Below, piece by piece: positions 25,542 to 42,442 of a stretch of 64,000 nucleotides of DNA. The first letter of the stretch is position 1; each line of letters begins with the position of its first letter. The notes beneath the pieces were generated by a model. The model was not told the DNA's origin and searched no databases. It was given only the letters and a program-made list of their open reading frames with translations. Origin of the DNA: Flaccisagitta enflata (taxonomy: Eukaryota); NCBI GenBank assembly GCA_965153355.1, contig OZ231126.1, positions 1,798,001 through 1,862,000 of the forward strand, given 5' to 3'. Made by a program: the position numbers and the translations under genes.

Positions 25542-26843
25542 GGGCAGCGGCCCCGGAGGGGCAGATGACCTATGATTCCACACAGGGCGATTTTCTCCGT
25601 TTTCCGTTTTCCGTTTTCCGTCCCCCCCCCTTGGCCTCTAATCAGACCCATAGACCCCAATGAGGCCTCTCACACCATAAATCAGGCCTCTCAGACTCCA
25701 ATTCAGGCCTCTCAGACCCCAAATTGGGCCTTGCAGACACCAAATCACGCCTCCACACCCCAAATCACGCCTCAGAGACCCCAAATCAGGTCTCCCAGAC
25801 CCTAATCAGACTTCTCAGACCCCAATTAAGGCACCTCAGACCCCAACTCAAGCCTCTTAAACCCCAATTCAAGCCTCTCAGACTCCAATTCAAGCCCTTC
25901 AATCTCTATTTCAAGACCTTCAGACCCAATTCATGCCTCTCACAACCCAAATAGGGCATCTCAGACCCCAACAGGTCGCCCAAGGGCAATATGTGGTCAG
26001 CGATACCCGTTGCCCTGCTTTGAGTGATTGTGAATTGGAGTGAAGGGTAGCAGGGCAGCGGCCCCGAAGGGGACGATGTCCTGTAGAACACAGGGGGAAT
26101 TTTGTTCATCCTGCCTGAAGAAGTGGATGAGATGCTGACTGAAGGCCTTCAAGAGCCTTAACTGAGGTCTAAGAAGGCTGATGTAAGGCCTGAGAATGTC
26201 AATTGGAAGCTTGAGAAAGCTGGCCCTGAGAATTTGGATTTGAGGCCCGAGAAGCCTAATTAGAGGCCTGAGAGGCCAAGTTTGAAGCCTGAGAGGCTGG
26301 ATTTGAGACCTGAGAGGATAGATTTGAGGCCTGAGAGGCTGGATTTGAGGCCTGAGAGGCCGGATTTGAGGTCCCAGTGCCCAGATTTGAGGCCTGAGGG
26401 GCCCGATGAGGGGGGGGACGAACAAACGAACGAACGAACAAACGAACGAACGAAAGTCCCCTGTGTTCTACAGGACATCGTCCCCTTCGGGGCCGCTGCC
26501 CAAAAAAGGTCTCTCAGATCCCAAGTCAGGCCTCTCAGACTGCAAATCTGGCCTCTAAGAACTCAACAAAAGCCTCCCAGTCTCAAATTCAAGCCTCTCA
26601 GACCCCAATTCAAGCCTTTAGGAATCACCTGAGGTCTCTAAGAATCTAAATCAGGCACCTCAGGCCTCCCAGACCTAAAATCAGGCCTTTCAGACCCCAG
26701 ATTAGACCTCTTAAAAATCGCCCTGTGTGGAATCATAGGTCATCTGCCCCTCCGGGGGCGCTGCCCCTCTCACCCCCACATCCCTACATAAACTAACTTA
26801 GGGGCATCGGATACCGCTGACCATGTAACGCTTTTGCGACTAT
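25542..26843 (+). mobile_element. DINE-1/HINE-like family 1, subtype C, interrupted by a nested subtype A copy
   Basis: Arm ggagggg-cagatgacctatgattccacacagggcgatttt and its reverse complement at ~26714-26766. The internal array resumes after 26501. Confidence 0.8.
25972..26501 (-). mobile_element. Nested DINE-1/HINE-like subtype A copy
   Basis: Reverse-complement match to the 24173-24849 type. Inserted in an A-run (T-run on its own strand) inside a host repeat unit, with no other TSD. Confidence 0.8.
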
Positions 26844-27758
26844 TTCCTTTTTCTTCTACTCCTCTTTTCCTCTTTTCCTCTTTATCTTTTCTTCTTCTTT
26901 TTTCTTCCTTCTCTTTCCAACTCTTTTCTTCCTTCTGTTTTTTTTCTCTTCCTTTTCTTTTTCTCCTCCTTCTTTCCTCATTCTTTCTTCCTCCTTTCTT
27001 CCTCTTTATCTTTTCTTCTTCTTTTTTCTCTTTCCTCCTCTTTTCTTCCTTCTCTTTTTTTTCCTTTTTTCCTTCACTTTTCTTCCTTTTCTTCTTCTCC
27101 ACCTTTCCTCTTTCTTTTTTCCTCTTCTTTTCTTCCTCTTTCTTTTTTCCTCTTCTTTTCTTCCTTTTCTTTTCTTCCTCCTCATTTCCTCCATCTCTTT
27201 TCCTTATTCTCATTTCCTTCTTCTGTTTTTCACTTCTTTTCTTCTTCTCTCCCTTTATATCTTCTCCACACTTATCCACTTATCCACATCCTATTCACCG
27301 TCTCATTTGTTCCTTTTCTTTTCCCCTTCTACCCTCCGTCCTATCCTCCTCTCGTTCACCTCTTTTTATCCTTTCTCCATCGCCGCTTTCAACCTACCCT
27401 CCTATTTTTTTTTCACTTCGACCTCATCCATATAGCGTCCGTCAGTCTGTCTGTCTGTATGTCTATCCCTCCATCCATCCGTCTTTTGAAAAAAAAACGG
27501 ATTGTTAGCTGTTGCTGAGTTAATGTGCAAAATGTCATTGTTTCTTCCAGTCCTATCTTTAAGTTACATGAGTATGACGTTTTAGTATGCCCAAGGTCCT
27601 GAGGGTGGAAGAAACAAGATAAACTTCAAAAGAAAGTTGGTTTGTTTTTGTTTTTTTTTGGTTTTTGAGGGTTTCGAACTTTTCATTTTTTTCGCTTTTT
27701 TTGTTCAGTCGGAATTTTTGGTTTTGATGGATAGCGCCAGTTGCCGCGGTATAATTGA

Positions 27759-27995
<237 letters not shown>

Positions 27996-29236
27996 GTTGA
28001 AAAACAGCGATCTGTCTCACCACTTCAGTGATGCGCCAAAATGAAATATCACAATTTTTAAGATACATTCTATTTATGACATTTGACAAATTTTTGACAA
28101 TTATGATAATTTGTAACCAGATGTGAGGTGCGACCAAATGACCAAAGTTCATCGATGTTTACAAATATGCACCATTTTAAACATTCCAATTTAATGAACA
28201 ACTTCAATACAGAAATTTTGACAAATCACTTTATGGATACTTGACATTCACAAATACAATACTTAATGATCATGATGATGTCACAAATGGCATTATTGAT
28301 ATTATGAATATGTATAAAAGTACCATGAACATTGAGAATTCTTACGTGAATTAAACCGCACTTTAGTTTTAAGACTGCATAAAATCGGTACCTGAACTAT
28401 TCATGAAATCATGTAGGCTATCAGTTCTGATTTCATGTTAACATTTCCTTTAACTGTTTCTTTTAACTGTTTCTTTTAACTGTTTCTTTTAACTGTTACT
28501 TTTAACTGTTCATGTGTCCATGTTTTTTCCTTTGTAAATCCGACTTTGGACAAATGAGGACAACTCAATTAAAGACAACTTCGTGGGGAGAAAGTTTTTA
28601 GAAAGAGAGAGAGAAAAAGTGTTTATCTCTTGATTTAAAAACGACAAATGGTCCTCTCAATCCTCTCAATTCTCTCAATTCTCTCCATCCCACACCCAAA
28701 CTCACATTCATTGATAAAAGGTGGCGGGTGAGGGTGGAGGGGATGGTGGAGGTGATGGTGGTGTTTAAGATGGTGAAGATGTTGGTGGTGTTGAGGGTGG
28801 TATTTAGGATGGTGAAGGTGATGGTAATGTTAATGGTGTTGAGGGTGGGATTTAGGATGGTGAAGGTGATGGTGGTGTTGATGGTGGTATTAAAGATGAT
28901 GGTATCTAAGGTGGTAGTATTTACGATGGTGATGATGGAGGTGATGATGGAGGCCGGAGGGGATGGTGATGGTGATGTTTACGATGGTGATGGTGAAGGT
29001 GATGGTGATAGTGGTGGTGAGGGTGGTATTTAATATGGTGATGGTGAAGTTGATGGATGATGGTGGTGATAAAGGTGGTGGTGATAATTGTTGCGGCGGG
29101 GATGGATGTAATATCTCTTTCGAGTGCGCAACCGAATTCACCGCTTTTGTTCTTTATGTTGCTCAGTGAATGAGGAGAAGCAGGTGCGGAGGTTAATGAG
29201 GAGGAGGAGAGGAATGCTAAGGAAAAAGAAGAAGAA

Positions 29237-29300
<64 letters not shown>

Positions 29301-29661
29301 TTGATGATGATAATGGTGATGGTGATGGTGATGGTATAAATTATGGTGACGATGATCACGATGGTCATGATGATCATGATGATCAAGACATCAATTATTA
29401 AGGAGCTGTCTTATCTAAGTTTTTTTGATAGCTCAACCTTGTATAATCAAAATAGCCAAAGCATCAGACATTTTCAGAATATCTGTTTCCACTGATAGAA
29501 TATCTTGGAATCATCGGCACATTCTTTCATCTTTTCAGTCATTGTTCATCAATCACACATCACTCATTTTATCAGCTATTCTTCAATTGGCAAGTTGTTC
29601 TTTTTTGTTTTTGTTTTTCCAAGTTATTCCCACCCTAATTAAAGGGACGAGCGGAAATCCC

Positions 29662-29746
<85 letters not shown>

Positions 29747-30377
29747 ACTCTATCAACACTCTCTTCACAACAACTTTTGCCGTGATGATCACTTTTTTTG
29801 GGCCTCGCCTTCATCCAATTTTGACACTTTCTTTACTCTCCAATTTTTGACACCTTTTATACAGATAAACTCCGCTATACCAAATTCAAGACTAACAAGA
29901 CTCTGCCTAAACCACCTGATATACCTCTAAAGTTAACCCCCACCAGCGTGTATGACAAAAGCCTGAGCAAAATAATGCATTATATAGTGAAGCCTTATTG
30001 CCAATAGAGAAGTAATTAAAAAAACTTTTGTGGGACTGCAAGTTCTATACCTCATAAGCAGGCGTTCCCTAACAGGGGTTACGCTCTAGTGGTACTCCAC
30101 TGTACCAGCATTTCCTTCTGTGACTGTGAACATTTTCTTTTTGATCAAACACTTCCTTCTCTCACTCGTAAGTCCCCAATTCATTGGCTATCATTTCATG
30201 TATGCACATTGGACAAAATAAAGTCACATGAGAATAAGTAAATGCATCTCGTATTTGCTGTTGCCATAAAACTGCCGATTTATTAGGTTTCATTTCTCGT
30301 TCCCATTTCGGCATAAAATGTTCCAATATCTATAAAGAATGTTTCAATAGGAAGGTACTAATTAAATTATGAGCAAC

Positions 30378-30380
<3 letters not shown>

Positions 30381-30433
<53 letters not shown>

Positions 30434-30449
30434 CACACACACACACACA

Positions 30450-30538
<89 letters not shown>
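30381..30538. repeat. Compound (CA)n(CT)n microsatellite
   Basis: Direct sequence. Confidence 0.97.
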
Positions 30539-30541
<3 letters not shown>

Positions 30542-31008
30542 TGCACATATATTTTCAAGCCCGGTGCCCCTGGGGCTGCCAAATATGGCCTCACATTCCC
30601 CCTATGGACATTTATGACTTTGAAAGAAGTCTCTGATCTTATTTACATATTGGAGCTGTTCTCAATTCTCACACACCTGCCGCAAAACCGAAGCCGAAGC
30701 CGAAATCGAAGGCGAAGGCGGCAAAATTTCATTTCACTTCATTCTTCCTTTTCAGTTCCGGAAATGGGAATAGAGGTATTGGACGGCGACGACAGCGACG
30801 ACGACAATGACGACGACGTGGATGACGACGACGATGACGACGACGATGACGACAAGGACTATGAAGGCAATGATGATGACCATGATAATAATGACGGCGA
30901 TGACGAGGATAATGAGGATGACGACGATCACGATGACGACACCTGACGGCTCCTGGGAGCGCATTTGTGAAATATTTGATCAAATATCAAGAACAACCAA
31001 ACAATCTA

Positions 31009-31612
31009 CTATCTAGAACATATGTTTGTCGGCAAGGATTATGAGACATATCTCTGCTTGAAATAAGAAATTTATATAAAAATTAGTGAGCTTCTTAAAC
31101 TACATCGAATTTCTGACCTAATGCCACCAACCGCGCTTTGCTATCTCAATTCGTTTAGAAATTACAAGTAAAACAAGATTGCTTCTCCAAATGCAAAATG
31201 GCAGAAAAATTAGATTTCATTTCCTTCTAGTTACGGCACTTGGCAAAACCTCATTTTCAGCCATTTTAGGATTGTTTGTTTTGCTTAAGTGATGCCAAAG
31301 GGTAGTCATGTCATGTCTTCACTCCCTCAAAACCTGGTCTCTTGTCAGATACTCTTATGGAGACAGCTACAAAGAAGGGAGCACAGATCATTGAGCATGG
31401 GCTGAAAAAATCAGCTCTCAAGTTGTAAAGGAAGATCGTGTCATTCTACTTCAAAATACCTCTACAAAAGCGTTTCAGTTCAATTCATGAAATACATTGA
31501 TGTCCACAAGACTCAGAGCAAGGTTCACATGTGTCTCATTGATGTTTTATGAATGATTTGATGGATATAGAACCTGATTGTAATCTTGCCGACAAACTTT
31601 TTTTGTAGATAG
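31009..31612. mobile_element. Tc1/mariner-type MITE (604 bp, TA TSD)
   Basis: TA|ctatctagaacatatgtttgtcggcaaggatta ... taatcttgccgacaaac(t)ngtagatag|TA. Confidence 0.75.
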
Positions 31613-34600
31613 TATGGATGAGAACGCTATATCCTAATCATCTTCTATAGGATCGCTCGGTGCCAAATGATATTGACTTTTGATTAATGAGCTGGGATCA
31701 TGACCAGTATGCTTTATTGATTCAGTAATCACTGTTCGAGCATAACGGATTTAACATGCAGTTAAACAAAGTAATGAATGAGCAACTGATTTAAAGACCG
31801 GATGATGGAAATATAACCGATTTCTGTACAATCACCCTATTTTGACTGGGTGCCCCCATTCATTGACCAAATAATCTCCCCCAACTCTGCCTTACCGAGC
31901 TTATTTTCACTCCTAGGCGCAAAGAAATGACACCCAAGATATGCGCATCCCCCAAACGCCCGGCACCCTCCTCTCCTCTCCTTCGGTTGTTCTGTTGCCC
32001 CTTGGAATCACACCCAAAACATTTGCACATCTCTCCCTCGCCTCGCCTCGTCTTCAATTGTTCTTTTGCCGTAAGGGATCACACTCGACATAATTCGACA
32101 ATTACGCCCTACCCTTTCTTCTCCCCATCTTTGATCGATCCTTTGCTCCTACGGGTAACCCCCAACCTAAACACCCTCCTCCCGTCTCCCCCATTTCAGC
32201 TTGTTCATTTGCTCCAAGGGATCGTGTCCAGCGTTGTAACCCCCTCCCCCCCTCGCCCATCTTAAGCTTGTTCATTTGCTCCCAGGGTTCTTCTTTTATT
32301 TTTTCTCGCATTCTTGATCTTGTCAACAAGTTTGAGGATTAACTCTTTCTTTCTCGTATCCCCCAAATGGCTCAAAAGATAATTACACTTCCGATTTCTT
32401 TTTAATCTTTCTTATATTTCTTTTTTGTTATCTATCTCTTTTTGTTCGCGATTATTTATAATCCTGATGATGTCTATTTCCTCTTCTTAAGTATGTATGT
32501 GGACGGTGAGAATGTATTGGAATTTTTGCACAACGAAGAGAACGAACGCCGGTATTCACGAAGAAGTGGTAAGGGGGGCTGGGGGGCTGTTGGGGAGGGG
32601 GGCTTGGGGCCCGGGGGTGGGTGTCTGCGGATGAGTGCTGAAAGTAAGGGCATGAGTAATCGGGCATTTACTGGGGATAAGTGGGGCAGTGATAGTGGAA
32701 TGGTGGGTGGAAAGAATGTGGTAACAATCACAATGGTAACTAGGAAGGAATTGACCAAGTGCATGATGTAACAGATGGTGGAAATTGCCTATGTGTATGA
32801 TGTAGCAGATGGTGGAAATTGCCCATGTGCATGATGTGGTGACAGATGGTGGGAAGAGATGACATAGATCTATTAGAAAAGAAAGATCCCGATGGCAAAA
32901 AGACAGATGGCAAGACATTTATTAAGACAGATGGTAAGACATTTAGTAAGACAGAGATAAGACAGCTTGATGGGGAACCGCCTCCACTGAACAATCATCA
33001 GATTTGAATAAAAAGAGAAAAGAAAGAAATAAGGAGAAAAACTGCATCCGAAACAGGGGAAGGATAGCAGAGACGAAGTCCTTTTGGTAGGTGTGGAAGG
33101 AATGGGAGGGGGGGTGAGGGATAACAAGAGAATGGGGGCGGGGGGGGGGGGTGAAGAGAAAGAGGTGTGAAAGATGAGAAAGAGGAAGAGGCAAAATACA
33201 AAATCGGAGAAAAGAGAAAGTAAGGAAAGAGGATTTGTAATTAAGTGATTTAACCGAAAGGTGAGACTGAGAGGAAGAGCAGTTAGATAAAGGGGATAAT
33301 TAAGGGGATGGTTAGATTAAGGGGATGGTAAAAGTGGAAAAGGGAAATAGGCAGAGGTGAAGTTACCCAGTAAAATGTAAGGGACAATGCGAAGAGAGGA
33401 AGGGGCAATGAGAATGAGGATACGAAAGATACGAGGAGATGGGTAGGGGATTAAACAAGTGGCAAATTAATGGAGATAAAAATGAAGCCTAGGAAAGGTT
33501 AGGCAAAGGGAGGGTTAGACAAGGAAGCTTCGCTGCTTTTCAAGAGCTATGATTTTGTTGATTCGATTTGTTTTTTTATTCGGTTAGAGACCATTTCTCT
33601 CGGGGGCGTGTGTCTCTCTCTCTCCCCGTTTATCTCATCACTGACTCTCTTTCTCTTTTTCTTTCTCCCTCTTATGCTTCTCTCTCTCTTCCTCCCTCTG
33701 GGGAACTTCGGTAATTATAAACATATCGACACCTCAGTCTGGTTATTTCGTGTGGACATATCATCGTGACGACGGGGCGCAGCCCTTATTTAAAGATTTG
33801 TGCAGCGTGATCATGTGAAAGAAACAGTCTCTAAGATTTGCGGTGGCCAGTTTTTCCCATTATTGGGACAAATATGTCAATTTGAGCAACAAAAGAACTG
33901 ATCAGTTTTTAGAGGTCAGGGATGGAAAGGATTTCTCAATAAAGGAAGAATTACTGAGTTTACATGCTTCCCACGTTCCATAATCCAACACCATAACTAT
34001 AGGTCAATTGTTAGGTCCACAAAAGCCATTTCAACAACACGATTTTCCATACTAATAGGTTTCACCTATTCCATATTTCATTTTACAAGAGATAGACGAA
34101 TTCAATTATGGAAGCATCATTAAAGAAAAGCAAGCTGATTGCCCTGCTACCAGATCAAAGGGTCAAGAAGCATGATTTCTGTGTTGGGAATTTGAGACAT
34201 GAATTCAGACGTCAGAGAACGGAGACGGAGAAATTTAGTGCTTCACCTCACTTTCACATCAATAATGGACCAATTATTCATCCTTTAACTATGTGATCAT
34301 TCAAAGGTCACTGAATAAACCTGAGTACATCTGCGTTATGTTCTCAGCTAAACATGCCTTTGGATCAGCTATTATCATGATAAAAGCAGGGATATGAAAT
34401 TGTAACCCTAAATGTTTCCTTTGTGGGGACGATGTTTTAAGCAGTATAGAGATTAAAGACAGATGGAAGGCTCGCATCGCACTGCCCTCCTTTGTAACAT
34501 GAAGATGACATACATCAGAAATGAACAAAAAACACTCAATCAATCAAAGAGAGCCTTTCAATGGGGCAGTGAGAGTCGTTGGTGAGAAGAACATGTTATT

Positions 34601-35009
34601 CAGGCCTCATCCTCACAGAAAATAATTTCAGACCATGATGCACAATGGCCTGTGCAAGCTGAGTAACAAATTTCGTGAACAAGCTCAACAACTTATGAAA
34701 AGATAGCCCCACTCACTTTTGAGGAAGTGACTTTGTTGGGCTTATTGATTTAAGATAAAAACATTTTCCATGAATAAGCAAAAACAAGAGTTATCAAGTG
34801 TTACCTGTGAGCAATGAGGGGTCACTTGTTCCGACTAGTAAAGATGTTAAAACTAGTCATCCAAGTATCGCACATGTTCAGCGTTACCCGATGCCCTGCT
34901 TGGGGTGATCAACGCTCCAATAGATTGTCATTGGTGTCTTTCCTTAATGACAATGACTCAAGCAGCGCCACCATAACTCAACATATCTTCGTCATGCCAT
35001 TCTCTATGC

Positions 35010-35315
35010 TGCGTGACATTCTAATCGGTGTGACATTCTCTTTCACGTGACTTTCTCTGCGAATCTTTCGTATGTTATTTTATGCGGCGTGACATTTCAC
35101 TCGGCATGTTATAATCTGCAGCATAGCATTTTCTTCCCCGTGACATTCGTTGCTGCATGACATTCTATGCGGAATGACACTCTCTTCATTGTGACAGTCC
35201 CTTGAACTCAACATTCTCTTTGGCGTGACATTCTAATCAGCGTGATATTCTCTTCCATGTGACAATCTATGCGGCATGACATTCTCATCAGCATCCCTCT
35301 CTCCTCATGACATTT
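35010..35315. repeat. Degenerate ~19-bp minisatellite built on gtgacattct
   Basis: Recurring (g/a)tgacattct motif. Confidence 0.75.
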
Positions 35316-35359
35316 ACTCGTGTGTGACATAAAATGACATCACAAAAATAACAGCACCA

Positions 35360-37244
<1,885 letters not shown>

Positions 37245-40009
37245 TCTCGCATTCTTGATCTTGTCAACAAGTTTGAGGATTAACTCTTTCTTTCTCGTAT
37301 CCCCCAAATGGCTCAAAAGATAATTACACTTCCGATTTCTTTTTAATCTTTCTTATATTTCTTTTTTGTTATCTATCTCTTTTTGTTCGCGATTATTTAT
37401 AATCCTGATGATGTCTATTTCCTCTTCTTAAGTATGTATGTGGACGGTGAGAATGTATTGGAATTTTTGCACAACGAAGAGAACGAACGCCGGTATTCAC
37501 GAAGAAGTGGTAAGGGGGGCTGGGGGGCTGTTGGGGAGGGGGGCTTGGGGCCCGGGGGTGGGTGTCTGCGGATGAGTGCTGAAAGTAAGGGCATGAGTAA
37601 TCGGGCATTTACTGGGGATAAGTGGGGCAGTGATAGTGGAATGGTGGGTTGAAAGAATGTGGTAACAATCACAATGGTAACTAGGAAGGAATTGACCAAG
37701 TGCATGATGTAACAGATGGTGGAAATTGCCTATGTGTATGATGTAGCAGATGGTGGAAATTGCCCATGTGCATGATGTGGTGACAGATGGTGGGAAGAGA
37801 TGACATAGATCTATTAGAAAAGAAAGATCCCGATGGCAAAAAGACAGATGGCAAGACATTTATTAAGACAGATGGTAAGACATTTAGTAAGACAGAGATA
37901 AGACAGCTTGATGGGGAACCGCCTCCACTGAACAATCATCAGATTTGAATAAAAAGAGAAAAGAAAGAAATAAGGAGAAAAACTGCATCCGAAACAGGGG
38001 AAGGATAGCAGAGACGAAGTCCTTTTGGTAGGTGTGGAAGGAATGGGAGGGGGGGTGAGGGATAACAAGAGAATGGGGGCGGGGGGGGGGGGTGAAGAGA
38101 AAGAGGTGTGAAAGATGAGAAAGAGGAAGAGGCAAAATACAAAATCGGAGAAAAGAGAAAGTAAGGAAAGAGGATTTGTAATTAAGTGATTTAACCGAAA
38201 GGTGAGACTGAGAGGAAGAGCAGTTAGATAAAGGGGATAATTAAGGGGATGGTTAGATTAAGGGGATGGTAAAAGTGGAAAAGGGAAATAGGCAGAGGTG
38301 AAGTTACCCAGTAAAATGTAAGGGACAATGCGAAGAGAGGAAGGGGCAATGAGAATGAGGATACGAAAGATACGAGGAGATGGGTAGGGGATTAAACAAG
38401 TGGCAAATTAATGGAGATAAAAATGAAGCCTAGGAAAGGTTAGGCAAAGGGAGGGTTAGACAAGGAAGCTTCGCTGCTTTTCAAGAGCTATGATTTTGTT
38501 GATTCGATTTGTTTTTTTATTCGGTTAGAGACCATTTCTCTCGGGGGCGTGTGTCTCTCTCTCTCCCCGTTTATCTCATCACTGACTCTCTTTCTCTTTT
38601 TCTTTCTCCCTCTTATGCTTCTCTCTCTCTTCCTCCCTCTGGGGAACTTCGGTAATTATAAACATATCGACACCTCAGTCTGGTTATTTCGTGTGGACAT
38701 ATCATCGTGACGACGGGGCGCAGCCCTTATTTAAAGATTTGTGCAGCGTGATCATGTGAAAGAAACAGTCTCTAAGATTTGCGGTGGCCAGTTTTTCCCA
38801 TTATTGGGACAAATATGTCAATTTGAGCAACAAAAGAACTGATCAGTTTTTAGAGGTCAGGGATGGAAAGGATTTCTCAATAAAGGAAGAATTACTGAGT
38901 TTACATGCTTCCCACGTTCCATAATCCAACACCATAACTATAGGTCAATTGTTAGGTCCACAAAAGCCATTTCAACAACACGATTTTCCATACTAATAGG
39001 TTTCACCTATTCTATATTTCATTTTACAAGAGATAGACGAATTCAATTATGGAAGCATCATTAAAGAAAAGCAAGCTGATTGCCCTGCTACCAGATCAAA
39101 GGGTCAAGAAGCATGATTTCTGTGTTGGGAATTTGAGACATGAATTCAGACGTCAGAGAACGGAGACGGAGAAATTTAGTGCTTCACCTCACTTTCACAT
39201 CAATAATGGACCAATTATTCATCCTTTAACTATGTGATCATTCAAAGGTCACTGAATAAACCTGAGTACATCTGCGTTATGTTCTCAGCTAAACATGCCT
39301 TTGGATCAGCTATTATCATGATAAAAGCAGGGATATGAAATTGTAACCCTAAATGTTTCCTTTGTGGGGACGATGTTTTAAGCAGTATAGAGATTAAAGA
39401 CAGATGGAAGGCTCGCATCGCACTGCCCTCCTTTGTAACATGAAGATGACATACATCAGAAATGAACAAAAAACACTCAATCAATCAAAGAGAGCCTTTC
39501 AATGGAGCAGTTAGATAAAGGGGATAATTAAGGGGATGGTTAGATTAAGGGGATGGTAAAAGTGGAAAAGGGAAATAGGCAGAGGTGAAGTTACCCAGTA
39601 AAATGTAAGGGACAATGCGAAGAGAGGAAGGGGCAATGAGAATGAGGATACGAAAGATACGAGGAGATGGGTAGGGGATTAAACAAGTGGCAAATTAATG
39701 GAGGCAAAAAATGAGGCCTGGGAAAGGTTAGGCAAAGGGAGGGTTAGACAAGGAAGCTTCGCTGCTTTTCAAGAGCTTTGACTTTGTTGATTCGATTTGT
39801 TTTTTTATTCGGTTAGAGACCATTTCTCTCGGGGGCGTGTGTCTCTCTCTCTCCCCGTTTATCTCATCACTGACTCTCTTTCTCTTTTTCTTTCTCCCTC
39901 TTATGCTTCTCTCTCTCTTCCTCCCTCTGGGGAACTTCGGTAATTATAAACATATCGACACCTAATGCACCTGTTCTTCAGCGTAACATCTCTGTCCGTC
40001 TATCATTCT

Positions 40010-40115
<106 letters not shown>

Positions 40116-40240
40116 CTCTCTCTCTCATTTCAGTTTTTTTTCTTCACTTCTTTGGAAAGTGCGAACTACGAAAAATGACATGAAAATAAACAAGCTGATA
40201 GTTTTGCGGGGAAACATTAAAGGATTTTATTTTGTTTTGT

Positions 40241-40322
<82 letters not shown>

Positions 40323-42367
40323 AGTATAGTACTAAGTATTTTGCGGACGCCTTTGTTTTTCCGTTGCAATCGTCAGTTATTCTCGCACAATTAAACCGAC
40401 TTAATTCACAAATTGAGGCATGGACATGGGTCATGGTGTCTGCTTAGCAACACAAGGATACTCAAACACTCTTGACGATGTCTAATTAAAATTGACGTTG
40501 AATTAGGAAAATCGGAAATTTAGATAACAAGTAAGACGGCACAAAGACAGATTAAGACAGACAGATACACGGTCAGAAAGATAGACAAATAGACATATTG
40601 AGTTCGATCTACATACAAAGAGATGGACGATCCATCATAGTGGCAAATGGTATATTTTTGAAGTCATTTTGAATTTGTTCCAAACCTCAACACCTCAACA
40701 TAAAAAACTTTTGTTTGTCGGCAAAAATCATTTCCTTGTTTCTTGAAAAGGAAAGAATATGATTTTCTCTTCATTTGAATCCTGCCCTTTCTTCAAATTT
40801 GTCTTCTTGTTATCCTTCTTCTTCCTTTTCCATTTTTTTCTTCTTCTTCTTCTATTTCTTCTTCTTCTTCTATTTCTTCTATTTCTTCTTTTTCTTCTAT
40901 TTCTTCTATTTCTTCTATTTCTTCTATTTCTTCTATTTCTTCTATTTCTTTTTCTTCCTCTCCCTCCTCTATTTCTTCTTTTTAGTCGCATGCTACGCGA
41001 CTCTTCAACCCGCTTTGTCAGTCAGTTGGTCCGTTGGTCCATTGGTCCGTCCATCAGACTTTACTTTTTTGGGGTTTATGCAGTCTTTGGCCTCACTGCT
41101 TCTTCTTCTTCTTTTTCTTCTTCTTCTTCTTCTTCTTCTTCTTCTTCTTCTTCTTCTTCTTCTTCTTCTTCTTCTTCTTCTTCTTCTTCTTCTTCTTCTT
41201 CTTCTTCTTCTTCTTCTTCTTCTTCTTCTTCTTCTTCTTCATCTTCTTTTTCTTTTTCTTTTTCTTCTTCATCATCATCATCTTCTTCATTTTTTCTTCT
41301 TCTTCTTTTTCTTCTTCATCTCCTCATTCATCATCATCATCTTCATCACGATCTGTTTCCTGTTCTCACTCGGCATTAACACGATTCTTTCTTCGCCATT
41401 TACTATGTGGGATGGACACCAATGGGCAGCTCATCTTATGACTTATCGTTACCAAAAAAAATGGCCATGACAGTTTTCCTGCTTTCCTCCAATTCCAGTG
41501 AGCACGCTACACATCCTTTGCCTCAACTTCCTTCCTTCAGACCCCCTTCCCAAATGGTGATGTCAATTCCCATACACACCAATGAACAGCACAACTTATC
41601 GTTGCCAAAAACATGGCCATGACAATTTTTCTGCTTTTTTTCCATTACCAGTGAGCACGCTACACATCCTTTGCCGCAACTTCCTCCCTTCAGACCCCCT
41701 TCACAAATAGTGATGTCAATCCCCATACATGATGTACCCCCAATCTCCTTCACCCCATCCATCACTCTTTGCTATCTCCTACTTAAACCCTCAATCTCAA
41801 TTACCCCGCCATCTCCTCCATCCTCATTGAACCCCCAATCTCCTCCATCCCATCCATCAATCCTTGCCATCTCCTGCTTGAACCCCCAATCTCAATTATC
41901 CCGCCATTTCCCCCATCCTTATTGAACCCCCAATTTCCGCATTTAACTACTCGATTTTGTCACTTTCTCAAATTTCTTCTTTGAAGGGGTTTGAGGCAGA
42001 ATCAACAAGAGAGAGCGCCCAACCCCTAAAAAGCCCAAATCCAAGTGGAAATATGACAACTGGGATCATGATTAACGGGTTTTCTGCGTGGTTTTGGATT
42101 AGTTTTTTATTCTTAGTGTTTTTTTGTTGTTATTCATAAGTTGATTTTCTCACCCCATCGTCCTTTTCTTTTTATGTCTCTTTGCCCTCAAAATATTCAT
42201 ATTCTTTCTTATCTTTACGTTTGTAGAGAATTTCTGTCCATTGCTGAGTTTGATTGTACGTCATTCTGTCTCTTTTCATGTCAGACTGCTTCTTTATTGA
42301 CGTGTACTTTCATTTGTCTTTCTGTTTGTCTGTCTGTCCGTCCATCATGAAAAACATAATTGACTCA

Positions 42368-42442
<75 letters not shown>

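Noticed and set aside
33750-34800. Decayed Penelope-like RT (minus-strand KEGSAM resembles the xGxAMG motif) explaining the partial tandem copies
   Set aside because: I could not find a convincing YxDD, GIY-YIG or hammerhead core. A frameshift-aware profile search would be needed.
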